Source: an uncultured Bacteriovoracaceae bacterium
GTDB taxonomy: Bacteria > Bdellovibrionota > Bacteriovoracia > Bacteriovoracales > Bacteriovoracaceae
DNA length: 64,000 nt
Assembly: GCA_964012805.1 (NCBI GenBank)
Contig: CAXGUD010000013.1
Coordinates: 32,880 to 96,879 of the forward strand
Direction of reading: 5' to 3'
Shown piece by piece: positions 1-8,841 of the stretch. The notes beneath the pieces are model-generated. The model had not been told where the DNA came from and made no database searches. It worked only from the letters and a program-made list of their open reading frames with translations. The first letter of the stretch is position 1, and each line of letters begins with the position of its first letter. The translations under genes were made by a program, and so were the position numbers.

Positions 1-1
1 T

Positions 2-670
2 GTCTTTTCTCTCATTGGTTGCGTTGGAATGATGGGAATCAACACTTATAAAAACTTAATTGGTGTTAATAATATTAATACGGCCAATGCTCAAGCGGGA
101 CTTGTTTGGCCTGCTCTTGTCAGAAAGGTTTTAAAAGAAACGAACCTTTCAGGAATGAGGCAAAAGCTGATTGAAGCTCCCGTCACTTCTGGCCACAATT
201 ACCTTATTTCTTCCCTTGAAGGTGGAGAGCATTGGGAAATTACACCAAGACTTCAAGAAAAAGTTGCTGAAATGACAAAAGAGCAGTCTGGTGGAGTCTT
301 TCACACCAACCATTGCCTTGGCCAAAAGGTTCAAGAGGAAGAAGACACTTCTTCCATTAGTTCAACCACCCATGGACGGTACGAACTATTAGGTAAAAAG
401 GTTCCTAATGTAGATTCTTTTGAAAAGTTGAAATCACTTTTAATGGATCATGAAGGTTATCCAAAATCAATTTGTTCTCACTTTCAAAGTGGCGCCCAAG
501 ACCCTTCTATGACTTGTGGTGGAGGGATTGCTGACTTTATTCATGATGACTATTACTTTTGGAGAGGCTGTCCTGAATACGATGATAACTTTAGAAGTTA
601 TCAGTTTTCTCTAGAAGGAAGTGAAGGAGAAAAAACCTTTGTTCTCAAAGAGTCTAAAAACTCTCTCTAA
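2..670 (+). CDS. C45 family (Ntn-hydrolase, acyl-CoA:6-APA acyltransferase-like) peptidase, 5'-truncated by window edge
   Basis: Frame is open from base 2 (VFSLIGCVGMMGIN...). G-M-G-I-N, GVNNI, HNYLI, HTNH and SICSH motifs are typical of C45 beta-subunits. Confidence 0.75.
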   Translation, partial: VFSLIGCVGMMGINTYKNLIGVNNINTANAQAGLVWPALVRKVLKETNLSGMRQKLIEAPVTSGHNYLISSLEGGEHWEITPRLQEKVAEMTKEQSGGVFHTNHCLGQKVQEEEDTSSISSTTHGRYELLGKKVPNVDSFEKLKSLLMDHEGYPKSICSHFQSGAQDPSMTCGGGIADFIHDDYYFWRGCPEYDDNFRSYQFSLEGSEGEKTFVLKESKNSL

Positions 671-736
671 ATTAAAAACTCAACCACTCTAAGAAGCTAC
701 GCCTTTTTAGAGTTTTTAAAAAAGGAATGGTAATCC

Positions 737-1951
737 ATGGCAGACTATCCCTATTTTTTTACTTGGGCCAATCAATCAAGCCCCACAAAAATAGAGTTTG
801 AAAGTAATGAAGATCATTTTTTTGTTTTAAAAAATGGTCACAAAGTTTACGACCTCTCTTCCATAAGCTTTCAAGCCTCCTTTGGTTTAAATAATGAAAA
901 AATTAAAGAGGCCATTAAAAAGCAATTAGACTCTTTTTCTGTTGTATCGCCGAAAGCCATCTTCCCTTTAAAAGATCAAGCTACTTACAAACTCCTTAGC
1001 CATTTGGATGGATATAAAAGACAAATCAATGCATTGGATGGAAAAGTCTTTTATACACTCTCCGGTGCTGAAAGTGTTGAAAACGCTTTAAAGATGGCAA
1101 GACAGATAAAGAAGAAAAACGTCGTTCTTTGCCGAGAAAGGTCATATCATGGTGCCTCTCTTGGTGCTTTAAGTGTCACAGGTGACTGGAGGAATCAACC
1201 TCATCAAACCGTTGATGAATGGACGACCCGAATTCCTGAACCTCACAATGATCCTTTTTTAACTCAAACTGAACTCATCATAAAAGATGTGGGGCCAGAA
1301 AATATTGCGGCTTTTTGCCTTGAAACTATAACCGGTGGAAATGGAGTTATCATTCCTCCAGAAAGTTGGTGGCAGGGAATCCAAAGGCTTTGTGATCAAT
1401 ATAATATTTTTCTTATCTTAGATGAAGTTATTTGCGGTTTTCAAAGAACTGGCAGGCGCTTTGGTTTTCATAATTACCCTTTTTTAAAACCACACTTTAT
1501 CTGTATGTCTAAGGGAATCACGGGCGGTTACATCCCTTTTGGAGCCGTTTGGGCCAATAGAGACATTGTCGAATTTTATAATGAAAACGTACTTTCTTGC
1601 GGGCTCACAAGTTACGCCCATCCCTTAGGTCTCGCTGCCATGGATGCCATTTGTGACATTTTAGCCGATGGCCATTTTTTAGAAAATATAGTTAATTTAA
1701 AAAAAATGATGAAAGGCTATTTTTTAAAATGGGAAGAGCTGCCGAACGTTAAAGAAATACGGACTATTGGCCTTTTGGCTGCCATTGAATTTACGAGTGA
1801 TGTGACCCTCGACTTTAACTATTTTTTAGAAAGAGGAGTTCACCTAGTTGTTCAACCTCAGACACTTATTCTTTCTCCCGCTCTTACTTTTAACAAAATG
1901 GATTTACAGGCGGCTTTAGAAACATTAAATAAGGCCTTGAGAGAACTTTAA
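737..1951 (+). CDS. Class III PLP-dependent (omega-amino acid) aminotransferase
   Basis: SGAESVENALKMAR, SYHG, DEVICGFQRTG and SKGITGG (PLP Lys) motifs. Confidence 0.92.
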   Translation: MADYPYFFTWANQSSPTKIEFESNEDHFFVLKNGHKVYDLSSISFQASFGLNNEKIKEAIKKQLDSFSVVSPKAIFPLKDQATYKLLSHLDGYKRQINALDGKVFYTLSGAESVENALKMARQIKKKNVVLCRERSYHGASLGALSVTGDWRNQPHQTVDEWTTRIPEPHNDPFLTQTELIIKDVGPENIAAFCLETITGGNGVIIPPESWWQGIQRLCDQYNIFLILDEVICGFQRTGRRFGFHNYPFLKPHFICMSKGITGGYIPFGAVWANRDIVEFYNENVLSCGLTSYAHPLGLAAMDAICDILADGHFLENIVNLKKMMKGYFLKWEELPNVKEIRTIGLLAAIEFTSDVTLDFNYFLERGVHLVVQPQTLILSPALTFNKMDLQAALETLNKALREL

Positions 1952-1984
1952 ACTTTTAGCTTAGAATAAATAAAAGGAAAAAAA

Positions 1985-2689
1985 ATGACTCAACAAAGTT
2001 CCAAAGTTTTTCAAAGTGCTAAAGATGCACTTCACGATATAAAATCCGGAAGCGCTCTTATGAGTGGAGGCTTTGGTCTCTGCGGTATTGCAGAAAATTG
2101 TATTGATGCCTTAAGTGAGATGGATATTAAGGACCTTACGGTTATTTCTAATAATATTGGAAACTCAGGACGGGGGCTCGTTAAAATTTTAATTCAGCAT
2201 AAAATTAAAAAGGCTTATTGCAGTTATGTTGGGGGAAACCCTGACCTTGAAAAGCAAATGCTTGCTAAAGAAATTGAGGTTGAACTTGTCCCTCAAGGAA
2301 CCTTTAGTGAAAGGATTAGGGCCGCTGGCATGGGAATAAGAGGTTTTTATACGCCAACAGGTGCTGGAACACTTGTTGCTGAGGGAAAAGAAGAGAGAAC
2401 GTTTGACCGTCCTTGCATTTTAGAACTCCCTCTGCACGCTGACTTTGCCATTATCAAGGCCCAGAAAGCGGACCCTTACGGGAACCTCTGGTTTAAAGAA
2501 ACCGCAAGAAACTTTTCTCCACTTATGGCGATGGCCTCAAAAATTACTGTTGTTGAAGTGGAAGAGCTCGTTGAGCTCGGTGACATTCCACCAGAAGACG
2601 TTCACGTGGCGGGCATTTTTGTCCAAAGAATTTTTAAAGGGTCAAACTACAAAAACGATATTGAATTTTTAAAAGTGAAGGGAGAATAA
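1985..2689 (+). CDS. scoA: 3-oxoacid CoA-transferase subunit A
   Basis: GGFGLCG, SNN, PQGTFSERIRAAG and ARNF motifs. Confidence 0.92.
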   Translation: MTQQSSKVFQSAKDALHDIKSGSALMSGGFGLCGIAENCIDALSEMDIKDLTVISNNIGNSGRGLVKILIQHKIKKAYCSYVGGNPDLEKQMLAKEIEVELVPQGTFSERIRAAGMGIRGFYTPTGAGTLVAEGKEERTFDRPCILELPLHADFAIIKAQKADPYGNLWFKETARNFSPLMAMASKITVVEVEELVELGDIPPEDVHVAGIFVQRIFKGSNYKNDIEFLKVKGE

Positions 2690-2691
2690 AG

Positions 2692-3327
2692 ATGACTTGG
2701 TCAAAAGAACAAATGGCGGATAAAGTAATTTCTCTCTTTGAAAAAGATACAAGTGTAAACCTAGGAATAGGTTTACCAACCTTGATAGCTGAAAGAATTC
2801 CAAAAGAAAGCAGAGTCATGATTCATTCAGAAAATGGCGTCCTTGGTGTTGAGGGAAGACCTGATGAAAAAAATGTATCGCCGACTCTTATCAATGCAGG
2901 AAAAGAAACCATTGCTGTAGGCAAGGGTGCTAGTTACTTTGACAGTGCTTTAAGTTTTGGAATGATTCGAGGGGGTCACTTAGATTACTGTGTGCTCGGT
3001 GGAATGGAAGTCGATGTTGAAGGAAACCTCGCTAACTGGATGATTCCAGGAAAAAAAGTCACAGGAATGGGCGGTGCCATGGACCTTGTTCATGGAGCAA
3101 AAACAATTATCGTGATGATGACCCACTTTAATAAAAACGGCAGTCCCAAAATGTTAAAAAGGTGTGGGCTCCCTTTAACAGGACTTAATGTTGTAGACAT
3201 AGTGGTAACAGATAAAGGGCTTTTTTCTATTAAAGAAAACCGCTTTGAGGTTATTGAACTTGCTGCTGATGTCTCTAAAGAATCTTTAGGTATTAGTGAG
3301 GAACTATTAATTGAAAGACATAAATAA
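2692..3327 (+). CDS. scoB: 3-oxoacid CoA-transferase subunit B
   Basis: VNLGIGLPT, SENG (catalytic Glu) and GMGGAMDLV motifs; starts 2 bp after subunit A. Confidence 0.93.
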   Translation: MTWSKEQMADKVISLFEKDTSVNLGIGLPTLIAERIPKESRVMIHSENGVLGVEGRPDEKNVSPTLINAGKETIAVGKGASYFDSALSFGMIRGGHLDYCVLGGMEVDVEGNLANWMIPGKKVTGMGGAMDLVHGAKTIIVMMTHFNKNGSPKMLKRCGLPLTGLNVVDIVVTDKGLFSIKENRFEVIELAADVSKESLGISEELLIERHK

Positions 3328-3336
3328 CTAGTAGAT

Positions 3337-3373
3337 AAAAAAAGGGGGCCTCCTGCAAAGGCCCCCTCTTTTT
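3337..3373. terminator. Bidirectional intrinsic terminator
   Basis: AGGGGGCCT/AGGCCCCCT stem (3343-3367) with an A-run upstream and a T-run downstream. Confidence 0.85.
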
Positions 3374-3414
3374 GGCTTCCTGCCTAATCTTGTAAGCAAC
3401 TTCCTATCACCTAC
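3337..3414 (-). ncRNA. Putative CsrA/RsmA-sequestering sRNA (RsmY/Z-like)
   Basis: Minus strand gives two hairpins with AGGAA loops (3392-3414, 3374-3384), then a terminator with CAGGA at its loop and a U-tract. A TAACCT -10-like hexamer lies 6 nt upstream. Confidence 0.55.
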
Positions 3415-3580
3415 ACTAATAGGTTAACCTAAATTTAGCGTAGGCAAAGAAAAAAAATAAAGTGGTAAAGTTTTCCTCGGTGTGTTTAAATTGACTTCTT
3501 TGATTGGAAAAACTCAATTTGAACGTACATCCTTTAATTTTTTAAACTCAAAAGTTATAATTCATTGAAATTAATGGAGA

Positions 3581-4957
3581 ATGTGGATAATAATGAAATC
3601 AAAACTCTTCCCTTGGTTAATATTAATTTACTTAACTAATTTTGGCTGCACACAAATAATAAAACCTGCCAATAAAGCTACAGTTTCTTCATTATCAAAA
3701 AAAGAGAATGAAAAAACTTACTGTATAGTAAAGAAAAATAAATCTATCAATTTCCTATCTGGATCAGAAGAAAACTCTAAGTCTTTTCATCAACTTCTTA
3801 CAAAAATAAAAAGGCAGCGAATTAAGCTCTCCTTTGTAGAAAAAGCTGCTCTATGGCTTCTTTACCAGATAAATGCAAACCCAGACGTTTGCTCACCTTC
3901 ATCTCGCCTTCAAATTATTTTCGCCCACAAAGATTCAGAACCGATCTATTGGGACTTTCACCATCCATTTGCAAAAAACTTAAAATCAAAAAATTATTAT
4001 CCCTACCTAGACGGTATCGATTTTATGCTCAAGAATTTCAAGTCAAAAAAGAGTCTTATTCAGTTAAGTTCCTTGCTAGACAGAAACCTTCCCAAAAGAT
4101 TTAAAGTAACAAAAAGCCTTGAAAAGATAGTTAATATGAAGAGAACCGAGCTTTATAAATTAAAGCCATTTAAAAACTCTTTTTTTAAAGAGGCTGAACC
4201 TCTCAAAAAAAATGAGAGTTTTCCTAAACTTCAATTTAAAAAGCTTGTAATGAATTACAGAAAAAGCCAAAAAATAAATACGAATAAGAAATCTTTTGGA
4301 AAACACCTTTTAAAAAAAGCGTCTATCTCAAAACTCCTGTTTCCATTCAAAGTTGAAGGTGACAATTTCCCCCCCCCTATTAGATGTAATATAGACCTTT
4401 CTCTCTATAAGCATTCTATATTCCTCATAAACTCTGAGGAAGTATCATCTAGCATCTTTGGATTTGAACAAAATAATTCTTACTTTCTTGCTGCGAGTTC
4501 TCAATTACTTTCAGGACCTATTTCACCAATTTTTGGAACATTTCTCATGAGGGGTGCGCCCCCCCAAAAGACACCTACTATGTGCCTTATAAAAAATAGA
4601 AATAAGGAATCCAACATTGCGTTAGTTTCTTATAAAGGGAGGGACCCTGGTCAACATATTTACAACCTTTTTCAAAAAGGGATTCATCAATCAAATTCAC
4701 TCATGGACCTTGATATTTTTTTAAAAGGTCCTAGAAAAATTTTTTTGGTAAACCCCTTAAGAGTTCTTATTGAACCATTGGATAAAAACACAAACGACTT
4801 GTTGCGTTTTAGAAAAAGAAATATTCCTTTATATCCTGTTAGAAACCTAGGATACATCCTGGCACACGGAAAATTTAACCTAAAAAAGCAAAATGGTTTC
4901 ATTCTAGATAGAAGATCTCAGGAGAAATTATCATGCCTCGAGAAAAAATCTCCCTAA
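3581..4957 (+). CDS. Hypothetical Lys-rich lipoprotein (start may be 3593)
   Basis: 458-aa ORF with a hydrophobic N-terminus ending in FGC (lipobox-like); no recognised family. Confidence 0.7.
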   Translation: MWIIMKSKLFPWLILIYLTNFGCTQIIKPANKATVSSLSKKENEKTYCIVKKNKSINFLSGSEENSKSFHQLLTKIKRQRIKLSFVEKAALWLLYQINANPDVCSPSSRLQIIFAHKDSEPIYWDFHHPFAKNLKSKNYYPYLDGIDFMLKNFKSKKSLIQLSSLLDRNLPKRFKVTKSLEKIVNMKRTELYKLKPFKNSFFKEAEPLKKNESFPKLQFKKLVMNYRKSQKINTNKKSFGKHLLKKASISKLLFPFKVEGDNFPPPIRCNIDLSLYKHSIFLINSEEVSSSIFGFEQNNSYFLAASSQLLSGPISPIFGTFLMRGAPPQKTPTMCLIKNRNKESNIALVSYKGRDPGQHIYNLFQKGIHQSNSLMDLDIFLKGPRKIFLVNPLRVLIEPLDKNTNDLLRFRKRNIPLYPVRNLGYILAHGKFNLKKQNGFILDRRSQEKLSCLEKKSP

Positions 4958-5202
4958 TTGAAATCTATGGTAGTGCTTCTAAAAAACTCCTTATTAGACG
5001 TGAGCTGTCAATTCAAGACCTAAACATCAACCTTATGTCCTTCCTTCAAAATCTAGGACTCCCTATAGCGTCATCATGCCAAGGAGAAGGTATTTGCCGC
5101 TTATGCATTGTGAATGAGAGCGTGATTAGCTGTGGTATTTCAGTAAAAGACCTTCCTTTTGACAAAAAAGGCGTAAGAAAAGTGAGCATTGGCTATTTGT
5201 GA
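4933..5202 (+). CDS. 2Fe-2S ferredoxin-type domain protein
   Basis: C-x4-C-x2-C (CQGEGICRLC) plus a distal Cys (ISCG). Confidence 0.75.
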   Translation: MPREKISLIEIYGSASKKLLIRRELSIQDLNINLMSFLQNLGLPIASSCQGEGICRLCIVNESVISCGISVKDLPFDKKGVRKVSIGYL

Positions 5203-5276
5203 AGAGTTTTCACTTGTCGGCGCTTACTCAAATTCATATCATGTTCTTAATTTAGGAATTTAAAAAGGTATTGTGA

Positions 5277-5882
5277 ATGAGGTATCTATCCTTCGATTTA
5301 GAAGCAACAGGGCTTGATCAACACGATTACATCATCGAATTTGGTATGATCCCCTTTGACACGGAAACTAAGACGCTCGAGGAAAACCTTGCTAGAACTT
5401 TCACAGTTCACTGCCCATCTTTTGAAACTTTAAAACCTCAACTAGCCCCGTGGGTCATAGAACACAATGAAGGGCTTATCAAAAGGGCTCATGAAGAAGG
5501 TGTTGACCACACGACTTTTAGAAAAATGATGGAAGAATACCTCCAGAGTCCAGATGTTAAAGATTATTTCCAACCTACTACAATTAACCAAATTGTCCTC
5601 TTTGGCAAAAGTGTAAACTCAATAGACATCCCCTTTTTAAATAGAGATCTTGGTTGGGGATTTATGAAAGAACACTTCAGTCATAGAGTGCTTGATTTAA
5701 CGTCTACGGCCCTTACTCTTATTGACCTCAACTTTTTGCCAGATGAATGCGCCTCCGGCTCAGACCTCATGAAGTATCTTGGAATGGGAGAAGTTGAGCA
5801 CACCGCTCTCGCGGATGCAAAAAACACCGCCATTATGTACCTAAAACTAGTCGAGATGTTTTTCAATAACTCAGGTGAATAG
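5277..5882 (+). CDS. DEDDh 3'-5' exonuclease (DnaQ/oligoribonuclease-like)
   Basis: ExoI DLEATG, ExoII D (SIDIPF) and ExoIII HTALAD motifs. Confidence 0.88.
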   Translation: MRYLSFDLEATGLDQHDYIIEFGMIPFDTETKTLEENLARTFTVHCPSFETLKPQLAPWVIEHNEGLIKRAHEEGVDHTTFRKMMEEYLQSPDVKDYFQPTTINQIVLFGKSVNSIDIPFLNRDLGWGFMKEHFSHRVLDLTSTALTLIDLNFLPDECASGSDLMKYLGMGEVEHTALADAKNTAIMYLKLVEMFFNNSGE

Positions 5883-5909
5883 ACTAAGTTAAATATTAGA
5901 AAAATTTCT

Positions 5910-6557
5910 TTAGTTCGAAAAAGAAATAAATTTAGAAGGGTTCAAAGCTTTTCCCTGCCTTCTAACTTCAAAATGCAAGTGTGGACCAGTAGATTTTCCC
6001 GTATTGCCGACTCTTCCAATAACCTGCCCTTTTTTAACGACTTGACCTTTTGTTACATAGTTATCCTGGTTATGTGCATAAACGCTAAAAAAGCCTCCTT
6101 TATGAGCAATGACGATGATATTTCCATAACCTCCTAGCTCGTTGCCTGAATAGACAACAACACCACTATTTGATGCCAAAATATGAGCACCTCTCTGCGC
6201 CGCAATATCCAACCCCTCATGAGGCCGTCCCCATCGGGTTCCAAAACGCGAACTAACTCTTGATGAAGACGGCACCGGCCATAAAAAAGCCTTATGACCA
6301 AGCAAAGACCATCCGCTGTCTATTTTGCTAAAAATATGGGGAAGGATTCCCTTTTCCTCTGGAACAAAAACCCACTCACCAGGAACAAAAGACTTATCAT
6401 CGTTTTCCCGCTCCAAATCATAACGCGAAACACTATACTGCTTCGCAATACTTTTAAAAGATTCCCCTTCCTTAATTTTTACAAAATGACCACTTTTGAA
6501 TTGAGTACAAGAAACAAAGATGAAAACGAAAGCAATCTTTAAAATTTTACTCGTCAT
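5910..6557 (-). CDS. nlpD: LysM + M23 peptidase lipoprotein (NlpD-like)
   Basis: Lipobox FVSC, LysM-like segment, HEGLD and HLHFE M23 motifs; lies downstream of surE. Start set at ATG 6557 after GGAG. Confidence 0.85.
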   Translation of the reverse strand: MTSKILKIAFVFIFVSCTQFKSGHFVKIKEGESFKSIAKQYSVSRYDLERENDDKSFVPGEWVFVPEEKGILPHIFSKIDSGWSLLGHKAFLWPVPSSSRVSSRFGTRWGRPHEGLDIAAQRGAHILASNSGVVVYSGNELGGYGNIIVIAHKGGFFSVYAHNQDNYVTKGQVVKKGQVIGRVGNTGKSTGPHLHFEVRRQGKALNPSKFISFSN

Positions 6558-6608
6558 TGTAATCTCCATCCATGGAAATAAAATTTTGATTTGTTTAAAA
6601 CTTACTTT

Positions 6609-7397
6609 TTATCTAAATTCAAAAATCTTTTCAGAGAGCTTGTTCCAACACTTTTGATCAATTCTCCCTTTTTCCAAAAGGCTCAGAGGAGTAATCGAAA
6701 CTTTTCCCTCAGAGACTGCATAGCAATCTGTTTTTTCGTTACCTTCAAACCCTTCGTAGATCCCACCAATCCAAAAATAATCTCTTCCCCTAAAATCTCG
6801 GCGCATTTGAATTTCTTCTGAGTATTTTTGAAACCCCAAACTGGTCAGTTCTACACCTTTGATCTCTTCAATTGGGAGGTTTGGTACATTTATATTAAGA
6901 AGTCCCATAGGCTCTAAAAGTAAATGGAATTTTTGCTCGACGAATTTTTTAGTAAATTCTCCTGCTGTTTCATAGAAAAGAGGGTTGCTCTTTGGTGTTC
7001 CAAAAGAACTTGCAGTACTTACGCTTAAGGCTGGTACACCGTGAAAAACTGCCTCTCTTGCTGCCGCAACTGTTCCCGAATAATATGTGTCCTGACCTAA
7101 GTTTGGACCGCGGTTAATTCCACTAACTACCAGGTCCGGCTTTCTTCCTTTTTTTTCCTTAAAAAGATGAATAACTCCTAATAGTGCACAATCTGCAGGA
7201 TATCCACTACACCCATAAATATCCTTCTCCAGCTCAATAAGTCTAAGTGGGTGGTCTAGCGTAAGTGTGTGACCTGTTGTCGACCTTTCTTCAAGTGGAG
7301 CAACAACAGTAACATTACCAATTTGACTTAGAGATTTTCTAAGGCTTTTTATTCCTTCCGCATAAACGCCATCATCATTTGAAATAAGAATCTCCAT
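6609..7397 (-). CDS. surE: 5'/3'-nucleotidase SurE
   Basis: ILISNDDG, SGINRGPN and YSGTVAAA motifs; GGAGG RBS before ATG 7397. Confidence 0.97.
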   Translation of the reverse strand: MEILISNDDGVYAEGIKSLRKSLSQIGNVTVVAPLEERSTTGHTLTLDHPLRLIELEKDIYGCSGYPADCALLGVIHLFKEKKGRKPDLVVSGINRGPNLGQDTYYSGTVAAAREAVFHGVPALSVSTASSFGTPKSNPLFYETAGEFTKKFVEQKFHLLLEPMGLLNINVPNLPIEEIKGVELTSLGFQKYSEEIQMRRDFRGRDYFWIGGIYEGFEGNEKTDCYAVSEGKVSITPLSLLEKGRIDQKCWNKLSEKIFEFR

Positions 7398-7499
7398 CTT
7401 TCCTCCCCTGAACTCCACAATTTTTTGCGGAAAATCTACTGTGTTCTCGACCTTTTACTCTTCTAAAAACCAGTAATCAAGATTACTTGGCCATAAAAT

Positions 7500-8192
7500 C
7501 TATAAGGAAAGCTCTTTTTCAATCGCTTGGTCAAAAATTTCTATTTCGGCCTTAAGTAATCTAAGATCAACATTCCGATAAGAAGATTCAAAGTGATGAT
7601 CTATTGGAAGAGAAATAATGTCAAAAGGCATCATATTTAAAACTCTTTCAAGAAAATTTAAAGGTCTTACACCCCTAATAAGGTTTTTTAACTTCATGCG
7701 CTGTATATGCTCACCGTAATTATCCCAAAACTGATCAAAAATAAGCTCCAAACTTCTGGATTTATCAAAGTCATATAATAAATCTAGAGACCATACCATA
7801 CCTCTTAGGTTATAGCATTTAAGAACTTCATCCAAAGCAATACCTGGTGAGTAATGCCAAAAAAATGGGACTCCAAATTGATCATAAAAACCTGCATCCT
7901 TTTCATCACTAAACTCAAGTACCATTTCTGAAGTGCTCGAACTTTTTTCCAAGACCTTGTTCAAGTCTTCAACAACCTTCTTGATAAGAAAATCTTTTTC
8001 ATTAGAAAAATGTAAATAAAAATTTTCTTGATTATCAGGGATATCGTTTATCATTTCTTGAAAGACGTGAAGCTGTAAAAAATTCAAACTTCGAGGCCTA
8101 AAATCAAATTGAAAAGACTTAAGCCCCATTGAACGTGCGGCATCTAGAGTTTCACAGCTATAAATTCCATCCAACCGAATCAGATTCTTCAT
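7500..8192 (-). CDS. Hypothetical protein, degenerate TrpF (PRA isomerase)-like TIM barrel
   Basis: N-terminal IRLDGI...GLKSFQFDFRPRS resembles TrpF KICGI...GFxFxxxSPR, and C-terminal FESSYRNVD resembles VES..G.KD. The catalytic Cys is not conserved. Confidence 0.5.
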   Translation of the reverse strand: MKNLIRLDGIYSCETLDAARSMGLKSFQFDFRPRSLNFLQLHVFQEMINDIPDNQENFYLHFSNEKDFLIKKVVEDLNKVLEKSSSTSEMVLEFSDEKDAGFYDQFGVPFFWHYSPGIALDEVLKCYNLRGMVWSLDLLYDFDKSRSLELIFDQFWDNYGEHIQRMKLKNLIRGVRPLNFLERVLNMMPFDIISLPIDHHFESSYRNVDLRLLKAEIEIFDQAIEKELSL

Positions 8193-8841
8193 AATTGAAA
8201 TTATACAAAAAATACTTAAGAGGCTCAAAAAACAAAGATGGGAAAGAGGTGCCGATAGACTCTGGATGGAACTGGTAACTTACCCCCCGCTCAAATAACC
8301 TCATTAGAACCTCATCATTCTCATCTAGGATTTCTTTAAAACTATTTTTAATTTTTTGTTTCTTAATAGACAGGGAGTTATACCTCTGCACCAGTATATT
8401 TCTACCCCAGGTTTCTTTTGGAAAACAGCTCTCCCATGAAGGGATTTTAAGAGAAACAGTCTGCGCATGAATAGGGTTTTTACTAAGGGCAACATCATCA
8501 CCAAAAATTCTTCCCATAATTTGATGCCCCAAGCAAATCCCAACATGAAAAAGCCTATTGCAGCTCAATAACTCCTTGATGGAGGAAAAAAGATTCGAAT
8601 ATTCATCTGGATGTCCTGGGCCTGGACCATAAACAAGGATATGAACATTGTTAAAAAGAAAAGGACTTTTTAAAAAGGAACTTATTCTACAAAACGGAAT
8701 AACTTGAAAGGAATAGCCTAACAAACCAAGGTAAGTTGCAATATTAAAAGTAAAGCTGTCATTAAAATCAAGGAGGCTTATTATTGGTTCCCTCCCCAAT
8801 TTGTCTTTATAAATCCGATAAGGATGTAAAACTGTTGTCAT
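8158..8841 (-). CDS. Type 1 glutamine amidotransferase, aminodeoxychorismate/anthranilate synthase component II (PabA/TrpG); true start probably TTG 8799
   Basis: DFNDSFT, GPGPG, GICLGHQ and QFHPES triad motifs. Confidence 0.9.
   Translation of the reverse strand: MTTVLHPYRIYKDKLGREPIISLLDFNDSFTFNIATYLGLLGYSFQVIPFCRISSFLKSPFLFNNVHILVYGPGPGHPDEYSNLFSSIKELLSCNRLFHVGICLGHQIMGRIFGDDVALSKNPIHAQTVSLKIPSWESCFPKETWGRNILVQRYNSLSIKKQKIKNSFKEILDENDEVLMRLFERGVSYQFHPESIGTSFPSLFFEPLKYFLYNFNYEESDSVGWNL

Noticed and set aside
3582..3590. Perfect DnaA box as a possible oriC
   Set aside because: It is a single box (another lies inside oppF near 38122), with no cluster and no dnaA-dnaN context.
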